This document shows positions 56,892 to 64,000 of a stretch of DNA of 64,000 bases, piece after piece (position 1 is the first letter of the stretch; each line of letters opens with the position of its first letter). The notes under the pieces were generated by a model. It saw only the letters and a list, made by a program, of their open reading frames with translations, ran no database searches and was not told the DNA's origin. Made by a program: the position numbers and the translations under genes. This DNA comes from Candidatus Poribacteria bacterium (GTDB lineage: Bacteria; Poribacteria; WGA-4E; WGA-3G), in assembly GCA_003635195.1 (NCBI GenBank), contig PYIY01000190.1:8919-72918 (forward strand). Direction: 5' to 3'.

Positions 56892-57562
56892 GTGCGTATT
56901 CTGGAGGTTTTGCCGGATGCTGCGTTGTGCGCATAACGCGTCGTTTCGGGCAGGCGATAGCCTCGACAACACGCCAACACCCACACACGGGCTGAATCCA
57001 AGGAGATTCGGTGCCCTATAGATACATACACCACCCGAACATTTGCACGCGTGCGGACTACAGCACCGATGACTTCTTCTTTGTCTGTGAGGTACGTGTA
57101 AGCACCTTGTTCCGAGCCTGGTTCTTCGTATCGTCCCCAGAGTCGGGATTTTGCACAACCGATTGTCGGTTTATCCAAGACCAATCCTAAGTGAGAAGCA
57201 AGCCCAAATCGTCTCGGGTGGGCAATGCCCTGCCCGTCTACGATGACCAGATCAGGTTCTGTTTGCAACTCTGCAAATGTTGTCAGCAGTGGTGGGATTT
57301 CCCGAAAGGACAACAACCCCGGTATATAAGGAAAACGAACAGGGCTCTCTGTAACCACGCTTTCTACCACCTGCAGTTCGGGAAAACTAAGGACTACCAC
57401 GGAGGCAAGTGCGGTGTCCTTTTTCAACCCGATGTCTACTCCAGCAACGGTGTTGATTCTCCCAAACCGGTCTGTTTGAACCACCTGAGAGCGAAGTTCG
57501 TTTTGGAACTGCCGCGCTTCTTCAGGTGTAACATCCCACGAGTGGAGGGCGCGATATTTCAT
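56888..57562 (-). CDS. nfi: endonuclease V
   Basis: VAGVDI, PYIPGLLSFRE, VDGQGIAHPRRFGLASHLG and GHRISL are Nfi hallmarks. Confidence 0.9.
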   Translation of the reverse strand: MKYRALHSWDVTPEEARQFQNELRSQVVQTDRFGRINTVAGVDIGLKKDTALASVVVLSFPELQVVESVVTESPVRFPYIPGLLSFREIPPLLTTFAELQTEPDLVIVDGQGIAHPRRFGLASHLGLVLDKPTIGCAKSRLWGRYEEPGSEQGAYTYLTDKEEVIGAVVRTRANVRVVYVSIGHRISLDSARVWVLACCRGYRLPETTRYAHNAASGKTSRIRT

Positions 57563-57721
57563 AGCTGCCGCTGTTCGTTTTCGATGTAAACGTTATTTTG
57601 TTTTACAATATTTCAGGCACCAAGACACGGGGGTAAACCCCCCGCCGGATACACCATAACATTATAACACAAAAATCTTCAATTGTCAAGCCGTTTCAAC
57701 ACAGTCTACGCGTAGAAACGC

Positions 57722-57874
57722 CTATTTTTTGGATGTCGTTTCTTTGACTTCAACAGCACCAGGTTTAGTGATATGCCGGATGCCAGCGAAAAAAGCAGAA
57801 AGAATTAAGTAACCACCGCCAATACCGATGAGGGCACCTAAACTGCCGATAATGATTTCTACTCCGTTGAACAT
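57722..57874 (-). CDS. possible small membrane protein (50 aa)
   Basis: Below the track cutoff. Minus strand reads MFNGVEIIIGSLGALIGIGGGYLILSAFFAGIRHITKPGAVEVKETTSKK, preceded by a GGAGAA RBS-like sequence. Confidence 0.3.
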   Translation of the reverse strand: MFNGVEIIIGSLGALIGIGGGYLILSAFFAGIRHITKPGAVEVKETTSKK

Positions 57875-58231
57875 CGTCCATTCTCCCCAACATAAGATTT
57901 ATATAATAGCCCTATGTGAGCCTGTTGACGTTTTTTCAGGTTTTAACCTGTTACCAAAATTATTGCAATATACGAAACTATTTATTAATCGGTTACAAAT
58001 GTGTCTATTAAATTTTTTCCGACTAACAACAGAATTAGTAGGAATTCACATGAATCACGCTACAGAAGTAGCAAGAATCATGCCAACGCAAAAACACCAA
58101 AATGGAGGGATAAGTTAGGAAAGTGTGTATCACTTGACACAATTTGACAGGAGATTTGGTGGAAATGTATCAAAATAGAAACACTTTGATATGACTTCAT
58201 CTGATATATGCACTTTTTCACGCTTAGAGAG

Positions 58232-58984
58232 TCATAGGTCAAGCATGGAAAGGATACTCGGTGGTACAAGGTGTTCAATCGTTTCGCCGCATGCCAACAA
58301 TTCACGCACCTCCGTTGAGGACATATAAGCATAAGCATCTGGTAACAGAATGCTTGAAACATAGGAAGCATACTGACGAACCTCTGGTTGTGCCATGAAC
58401 GACGCTATCGTCTTGATATCCGCCTCCGCACGGTTCGCGACAATAAAGCGAGCCGACACAAACAACTCCCGCAATTCGGTGTGGAAATCGGTATAGTATT
58501 TTGGGTCAAAAATCCTGACAAGGGTGTCATATCCGACAATGAAGTGGAACTCGGTATCCGGTGGGAATATAGATTTTAAAGCGGCGACCTTGTCAATATA
58601 TCTACCGTGGCTTGATACACCGACGGAAAACGCTTGTCGGCTTTTCGCGTATTGCTTGACCGTCAAAAGTCGAGCAGCAAGCGGCAAACCGAACACAACT
58701 TTATCTACGTTCGCCTTCGCGAGGAGTAGGAGCAGTTCATCCAACTGGTATTTAACGATCGTCTCCTCCATCATCCGTGTATGTGCAAGCGTCAACGGAT
58801 TGAAAGAACCTGAAAAAATGCCGAGTTTCTTGCCGCAATTAAGTATTGGCGGCGCAGCGCGATGGACAAGCTCTATCTGTGGTGGTGCCGATGGATCCAA
58901 CCGATTAAAGAGTTCAGTGTACCGTCCATAGTCCGGATGGCTCTCGCATTTTTGTATTAACAGTGCTAATAGTGAGTTCCCCAT
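58232..58984 (-). CDS. NMN/NaMN adenylyltransferase-like nucleotidyltransferase
   Basis: GSFNPLTLAH ((H/T)xGH-type motif) and MSSTEVRE (ISSTxxR-type motif). Confidence 0.6.
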   Translation of the reverse strand: MGNSLLALLIQKCESHPDYGRYTELFNRLDPSAPPQIELVHRAAPPILNCGKKLGIFSGSFNPLTLAHTRMMEETIVKYQLDELLLLLAKANVDKVVFGLPLAARLLTVKQYAKSRQAFSVGVSSHGRYIDKVAALKSIFPPDTEFHFIVGYDTLVRIFDPKYYTDFHTELRELFVSARFIVANRAEADIKTIASFMAQPEVRQYASYVSSILLPDAYAYMSSTEVRELLACGETIEHLVPPSILSMLDL

Positions 58985-59036
58985 TATTGCTTACCTGTGT
59001 TCTTGTCCCAGTCAAAAGATTTACGTGAAGATAGAA

Positions 59037-59828
59037 TTAATCTATGTCGGCTTCGGCTTTTTTTGCTTCTTCCCAGATTGCGTCTAAACTTTCTAAGTTC
59101 TGTGCTTCAAAATTCGTGCCACGGCGTTTCAATTCTGCTTCCATCCATTTAAAACGCTGTATAAATTTTCGGTTCGCCTGCCGCAATGTTTCTTCCGCTT
59201 GGATCTCCATAAAACGGCACAGATTAACGATAGCAAACAACAGGTCCCCGAGTTCCATCGCTGTTGATTCTGGTTCATTTGCGTTGATACTAACCTTAAC
59301 CTCTTCGAGTTCCTCTTCAACCTTAGCAACAACATCGGTCAGTTCATCCCAATCAAAACCGACCCGTGCTGCACGATTCTGTATCTTCTGTGCGCGGAGC
59401 AGCATAGGGAGCGCGTTCGGAATTCCATCAAGTACGGATTCCCGATCCTCATAACCCGCCTCTTGACGTTTGATCGCCTCCCAGTTTTTCACAACCTCAT
59501 CCGAACCTTCAACATCTACATCACCAAAGACATGCGGATGCCGTCGAATCAGTTTCTCTGTTAATGTCTCAATTACGCCGTAAATGTCAAAATCTTCGTG
59601 TTCGGCTGCAATCTGTGCTTGGAGCATGATGTTTAAAAGTAGGTCACCGAGTTCCTCTTTCAACTTTTCTGGATTACCCGCATCAATCGCTTCAAGGGTT
59701 TCGTAGGTTTCCTCAATAAGTGTAGATTTCAGCGATTCATGCGTCTGCTCGCGATCCCACGGACATCCATCCTCGCTTCTTAGTGTTGCTATGACACCGA
59801 CCAACTCTTTAAATAGATCTTCTGGCAT
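59037..59828 (-). CDS. mazG: nucleoside triphosphate pyrophosphohydrolase MazG (tandem-domain form)
   Basis: CPWDREQTHESL, EETYE...EELGDLLL, HPHVF, and a second EExEE...ELGDLLF repeat. Confidence 0.9.
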   Translation of the reverse strand: MPEDLFKELVGVIATLRSEDGCPWDREQTHESLKSTLIEETYETLEAIDAGNPEKLKEELGDLLLNIMLQAQIAAEHEDFDIYGVIETLTEKLIRRHPHVFGDVDVEGSDEVVKNWEAIKRQEAGYEDRESVLDGIPNALPMLLRAQKIQNRAARVGFDWDELTDVVAKVEEELEEVKVSINANEPESTAMELGDLLFAIVNLCRFMEIQAEETLRQANRKFIQRFKWMEAELKRRGTNFEAQNLESLDAIWEEAKKAEADID

Positions 59829-59839
59829 ACCGACCTCCT

Positions 59840-61123
59840 TTACTTCGTCCCTGTTTTGCTTTTCAAGTTTTTTACCTGTTTTTGGACCTCTCGGTAGCGT
59901 TTCGCTTCCGGGAAATAGGTCAGGTAGAGTTCATAGAGTTGCAACGCGCGAGCATAGTTTTTTTCTGTTTCTGCCTTACGCGCGCGTTTCTCTAAGGCAT
60001 CCGCCTTCGCATTCAACAATTCACTGAGCAGTTGCGTAGCACGTACAGCGAAAACGCTTTGACTATATATCTCTCGAAATCCTTCTAACGCCTTCACTAT
60101 TTCAGCATACGGTTTCTTATCCGCTGCCTTTTTCAGTCGATCAAGCTGTGTCTCGGCTTCAGTGGCAAGACGTGTCACGGATTTTTTCGCACTTTGGCAC
60201 AGTTCTGTATCCGGTAAGATCTCTGCGATTTGGGCATAAAGTGTGAACGCTTCACCCAGTTTGCCATCTTTCTCAGCGATTTGTGCCTTTTCAAACCCAG
60301 ATTTAATCTGTTTCGCAGGTCCGTGAGCGATAAGCCACTCCCGCATCTTTGTCTTTGTTGACCACTTTGGAGAAAGACTGTGCGTTTCATTTTCCCACCC
60401 CTCAAGAGTCACATCCGCGCCCCATTCCGTATAAAATCCAGATGCGCGCTTCGCGCGTGGATAGTGCGGATCATCCAATTCACCTGCGCCGAAGAAGATA
60501 GGGTGCCCGCGAATCAGTTCCGCTGGCGGTGGTTCCGTATCCACATTGCGTCTACCTGCACCCAGAATCAGAAAACCTGCTAACCGATCCAGCAGCTGCT
60601 CACCTAAAACGGTCGTCGAATAGCCGCCTTGGCTATAACCCCCCATGAAGATATAATCCTTCGCAATATTCAAACGCGCGGATACAAGTGCTACGACTTC
60701 ATGAAAGAACGCCTTTTCAGGTGCTGTTTTGGTAGGCGGAAGGTGTCCCTTGTAATAGTCATCAGTTGCGTAATTCATACCGACAATGATAAATCCTTTT
60801 CCTTTTGTTACCTGTTTGAAGGGCCACGTCGTCGCTTTTCCACGGTAGCCGTGGTAACAGAAAATGATCGGAAATGGACGTTTGTCGGTGTAGTCAACTG
60901 GAACGTAAAGTAGGAACGTCTTTCCCGTTTTTAGAGCCGTGAAACCCACTTCCGTACCCGGCAATAATTCCGCGGCGGACGTTGGCATATCAGCGGCAAG
61001 GACACCATTACACAATAGAAAAAAAAGGAGTGTGCTAAAGCAAGCCGTTTTTCCGCTGCGGTGTGAATGATTGCAACAGAAGCATTTGATATGGCAAGCT
61101 GCGTTGAAAAGGTGGGTCTTCAT
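59840..61123 (-). CDS. secreted alpha/beta-hydrolase (esterase-like) with helical/TPR-like C-terminal region
   Basis: Trimmed to the ATG at 61123 (ATGA overlap with the upstream gene). Signal-like segment, FCYHGY, nucleophile elbow GGYSQGG, and a helical repeat tail. Confidence 0.65.
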   Translation of the reverse strand: MKTHLFNAACHIKCFCCNHSHRSGKTACFSTLLFFLLCNGVLAADMPTSAAELLPGTEVGFTALKTGKTFLLYVPVDYTDKRPFPIIFCYHGYRGKATTWPFKQVTKGKGFIIVGMNYATDDYYKGHLPPTKTAPEKAFFHEVVALVSARLNIAKDYIFMGGYSQGGYSTTVLGEQLLDRLAGFLILGAGRRNVDTEPPPAELIRGHPIFFGAGELDDPHYPRAKRASGFYTEWGADVTLEGWENETHSLSPKWSTKTKMREWLIAHGPAKQIKSGFEKAQIAEKDGKLGEAFTLYAQIAEILPDTELCQSAKKSVTRLATEAETQLDRLKKAADKKPYAEIVKALEGFREIYSQSVFAVRATQLLSELLNAKADALEKRARKAETEKNYARALQLYELYLTYFPEAKRYREVQKQVKNLKSKTGTK

Positions 61124-61875
61124 GCGTCTGTGCCACTCTCTTGAAGTGTCTCTAATTGAAGAATCAGTTGACCAAGTTGCAGTCGTAATAACAACGTATA
61201 GATTTGCATCAGAAGCGTAACCTGTGCTTCCGTTGGTAGATCGCTGGCATAAATCACGGCGAGTAACCTGTCCGCGCGTTCGCGGACCTGCTCGGCTTTC
61301 TCTAAATCGTCTGCTTCTGTCTCTGGCGTGCTTTCCTTGATAAACTGCCAAATACGATCTTGAATTTCGAGCATATAATTCTTTGCCATTGCCGTGCGTG
61401 CCTTCTTAGCAGAATCTACCCAAATGGTATTCGCCTTCCAATTCAGCATAAAGGCGATACTGTTGATAACTACATCTCGGAGCGTATCTTCACCGGAGAG
61501 GAGTTCTTCTAAATTGGTTATACCCTCTGCTTCTGCTGAGAAGGTGCGAACGCGCGTAAAGTCTTTCAGGTTTGTCAACACCAACTCGTTGTCGGCGATG
61601 AGCCGCCAAAAGTCAGCACTCGTTGAAAGCAAGACCTCCACACGATTGCAAACTGCGTCGGGAATTTGTGCGCGGACACAGTAGTAGTGAAGACTGTGAA
61701 GCTGACTCCGAAAGCGTTGCAAGTTCTCAGTCGTCTGGATTTCCGACGCGTATGCGATATGCGGGAGGAGTTCCTCTCGAATCTGATTCAAAAGTGTAGG
61801 GACAGTGCGTTCAATGTTCATATCTTTTACGTGTGGAGGCAATAGCCAATCAAATAGTGTTTCTAATCCTGACAA
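61120..61875 (-). CDS. hypothetical helical protein (251 aa)
   Basis: A long ORF translationally coupled (ATGA) to the hydrolase gene. I recognised no motif. Confidence 0.45.
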   Translation of the reverse strand: MSGLETLFDWLLPPHVKDMNIERTVPTLLNQIREELLPHIAYASEIQTTENLQRFRSQLHSLHYYCVRAQIPDAVCNRVEVLLSTSADFWRLIADNELVLTNLKDFTRVRTFSAEAEGITNLEELLSGEDTLRDVVINSIAFMLNWKANTIWVDSAKKARTAMAKNYMLEIQDRIWQFIKESTPETEADDLEKAEQVRERADRLLAVIYASDLPTEAQVTLLMQIYTLLLRLQLGQLILQLETLQESGTDA

Positions 61876-61990
61876 CTGACAACTTCTTTTAATAGGATAA
61901 CAGGTTTCCCGTAAAAAGTCAATTTGACAATTATCAAGAAACTATGTTAAAATGTGGATAAAAAATACACGGAGCGGACGGAGAATTGTC

Positions 61991-62539
61991 ATGAAATTGT
62001 CCATCATTGCTATCATCAGTATCGCCTTCTTCGGGATGCTCGCGGGTTTCGCCGACGAAAAGATAGAACCGGCACCGCCAAAAGTAGGCGACACAGCACC
62101 CGAGTGGACGCTCCAAGACCCCGAAGAAAAAGAACACAACCTGAAGAAATTGCGCGGCAAAGTTGTCTTCCTGATTCTGGGCAACCGTAAAATTCGGAAA
62201 GAAGACGACAAATGGGCAGCGGCGTTCCAGAAGGATTACCGAGAGAACAAAAAGGTTGTCGCTTATATCATCGCCGATATGCGGAGCGTCCCGGGGTTCA
62301 TACCCAAACGGTTTATCAGAGGACAACTCAAGAAAAACCCACCCCCTGTGAAATTCTTAACAGACTGGAAGGGCGAGGTGCATAAACGGTATCAGACGGA
62401 AAAAGAGAAACCGACGCTCTATCTAATCTCACAGAAAAGTACGATTGTATTCCACCGAAAAGCGAATTTCAAACCAGAAACTTACGTCGAACTTAAAAAG
62501 GAAATTGACAAACTTTTAGCAGTACCTGATGAAAAGTGA
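61991..62539 (+). CDS. secreted thioredoxin-fold (redoxin/TlpA-like) protein lacking CxxC
   Basis: I prefer the ATG at 61991 (MKLSIIAIISIAFFGMLAGFA signal). VGDTAPEWTLQDPEEKEHNLKKLRGKVVFL is a redoxin-type N-terminus, but no cysteine pair follows. Confidence 0.5.
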   Translation: MKLSIIAIISIAFFGMLAGFADEKIEPAPPKVGDTAPEWTLQDPEEKEHNLKKLRGKVVFLILGNRKIRKEDDKWAAAFQKDYRENKKVVAYIIADMRSVPGFIPKRFIRGQLKKNPPPVKFLTDWKGEVHKRYQTEKEKPTLYLISQKSTIVFHRKANFKPETYVELKKEIDKLLAVPDEK

Positions 62540-62695
62540 TCTTTTGTGGATATACACTGTCCGACCACACCGTTTTACGTAGAATACTCCGTAACTATAT
62601 CCAACCCTTTAGGATGGAAAGGATATGTCTATAAAAACAAAAGTAGAAAATTATATGGGTTCATCAGGATGGTAGACGGAAAGGAGGTAGGTAGA

Positions 62696-63556
62696 ATGTT
62701 TGTTGGAAAAACCGTTGAAGACTATTTGTCTAGCCCAATCTTTCCACTTGTTACGGGGCTGCTTCTTGGCGGATTCGGGTTGTTCGCGATGCGGATAGCG
62801 GCAGACGATACGCTATTTCACATTTTAGCATTGTTTCTAACCGTCTGCGGTTTCTCCGCCGCTGCTTATGGGCTTATGGGAACATTAGGGGACAAACAGC
62901 CCAAAAAACTCACTAAAAGTGAGCGGCAAGAAGTACACACCCTTTCTCAGAATCTAAAGGTACGTTACCCAACTTACACATTGAAGGTTCAGAAATTAAA
63001 AGAGAAACACGGAATGCTTCATGAGAGATTCCCTGAAGTTCGGTCTTATGCTGAAGAGTTCAACCTCCAACTCAGGACATTCCAGTCCGGGTTAACTGAA
63101 TTGGAGACACAACTCCACGATAACCTGAGGAAGCACGCCCCTGTTATAGATAACGACGATGTGGACGGTGTCGCTAAAAAGATCATTTGGTCGGATAAGC
63201 AGCTTGAGTTGACGCAATTAAGTACCGCCTTAAAAACATTAGCTGAGACAGAAAACCCGATAGTGCCAGAGACTTACCGGAGCGTGTTGGGGCGTATTCG
63301 TAAAGACCTCAAAAGACTTGATGACGGCGTAACACTTTACCACGACTTGCTGATAGCATGCACCAAAGAAGTCTCCACGTTTGATGCCATCCAAGCATTG
63401 AAAGAAGAAGTTGCGGCGGTTGACGCGCTAATGTCTTTGCACGAAGCCGAGTTGCAAGAACTAGAGACGAACACCCAAACGCAATACGAGATGTCAAAAA
63501 TGGCACTCTCAATGTTTCAAGAACGTTTTGACGAGTTCAAAGCGAGTTGCGAATAA
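62696..63556 (+). CDS. hypothetical membrane-anchored coiled-coil protein
   Basis: ATG at 62696 is preceded by AAGGAGG at an 8-nt spacing. Two TM helices are followed by a long helical region. Confidence 0.5.
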   Translation: MFVGKTVEDYLSSPIFPLVTGLLLGGFGLFAMRIAADDTLFHILALFLTVCGFSAAAYGLMGTLGDKQPKKLTKSERQEVHTLSQNLKVRYPTYTLKVQKLKEKHGMLHERFPEVRSYAEEFNLQLRTFQSGLTELETQLHDNLRKHAPVIDNDDVDGVAKKIIWSDKQLELTQLSTALKTLAETENPIVPETYRSVLGRIRKDLKRLDDGVTLYHDLLIACTKEVSTFDAIQALKEEVAAVDALMSLHEAELQELETNTQTQYEMSKMALSMFQERFDEFKASCE

Positions 63557-63577
63557 CCGTGAAAGGACATGGATACG

Positions 63578-64000
63578 ATGAAATATCTCGTCACCGGCTG
63601 TGCTGGGTTCATTGGATGGAAAGTGACGGAATTCTTATTGGAAGCAGGACACACCGTTATCGGGATTGATAACGTAAATACTGCGTATGACACACAAGTC
63701 AAGCGGTGGAGACTCAAGCAACTCGAAGGGACCCCAAATTTTGAATTTCACCGTTCTGACATCTGCGACCAGGACGCATTGCGAGGTATGTTCAACACCC
63801 ATTATGACGCTGTGATTAACCTTGCAGCACGCGCCGGTGTGCGGCAGTCTGTGGAAAACCCGTGGGTATACGTTGATACGAACGTGACCGGAACGCTGAA
63901 TCTACTGGAGTTGTGCCGCGAGTTTGAAGTCAGTAAATTCGTCCTGGCTTCAACATCAAGCCTCTACGGTGCAAACAATCCACTCCCCTTCAGCGAGGAA
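63578..64000 (+). CDS. NAD-dependent epimerase/dehydratase (SDR family), 3-prime end beyond window
   Basis: MKYLVTGCAGFIGWKV gives a GxxGxxG motif. NLAARAGVRQS and ASTSSLYG are typical of UDP-sugar 4-epimerases. Confidence 0.85.
   Translation, partial: MKYLVTGCAGFIGWKVTEFLLEAGHTVIGIDNVNTAYDTQVKRWRLKQLEGTPNFEFHRSDICDQDALRGMFNTHYDAVINLAARAGVRQSVENPWVYVDTNVTGTLNLLELCREFEVSKFVLASTSSLYGANNPLPFSEE

Noticed and set aside
56892-57158. N-terminal 89 codons of track ORF 56100..57158.
   Set aside because: This part overlaps the C-terminal third of endonuclease V in another frame and is Arg/Cys-rich. An ATG at 56891 forms a typical ATGA coupling with the nfi stop.
57875-58231. AT-rich 350-nt spacer including track ORF 57828..58118 (+) and 58078..58371 (-).
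   Set aside because: The ORFs have no RBS, unusual composition and no motifs. This is probably promoter or UTR DNA. An sRNA cannot be called from sequence alone.
61124-61351. N-terminal 76 codons of track ORF 59840..61351.
   Set aside because: It overlaps the end of the 61120..61875 gene. The internal ATG at 61123 gives an ATGA overlap and is followed by a signal-like hydrophobic segment.

Overview
This is a 64 kb bacterial chromosomal window of roughly 50% GC (judged by eye), densely coding on both strands. I found no rRNA, tRNA or CRISPR array. Housekeeping genes (gap-tpiA-secG, aspS, der, nfi, mazG, trmJ-like) sit among accessory content. The accessory genes include a uronate-isomerase-like gene, a Gfo/Idh/MocA oxidoreductase, a sulfatase, two PhyH dioxygenases, and giant secreted proteins with ThuA/LamG and LRR/cohesin/dockerin/T9SS-type tail domains. 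This mix resembles uncultivated polysaccharide-degrading, symbiont-type lineages such as Poribacteria or PVC/FCB-like groups, but that is a guess I cannot verify here. The most interesting region is a 3.9 kb island (about 45.15-49.04 kb) bracketed by inverted copies of a dispersed repeat. It carries a small ORF, a Schlafen/AlbA_2-HATPase_c_4 regulator-like gene, and a translationally coupled ABC-type ATPase plus PIN-like pair that looks like an unclassified ATPase-plus-nuclease defence module. Other notable loci: (1) a BrnT-like toxin gene with a single in-frame TAA, followed by a TIR-domain protein that keeps a BrnA-like N-terminal peptide and has an unknown C-terminal domain; (2) a doubled ATP-grasp / alpha-E / transglutaminase cluster; (3) a Fic gene bracketed by 72-bp direct repeats; (4) a DprA/SLOG-like gene coupled to a PhyH dioxygenase; (5) large lineage-specific insertions in AspRS, Der, a DAACS transporter and an AI-2E transporter. 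Intergenic DNA contains two repeat families: a GGGGTGTTTTTGCTTGGGTGTTTC-type element and STRR-like CTGAnAA heptamer arrays. All functional calls rest on motif recognition in the supplied translations. No database search was run.
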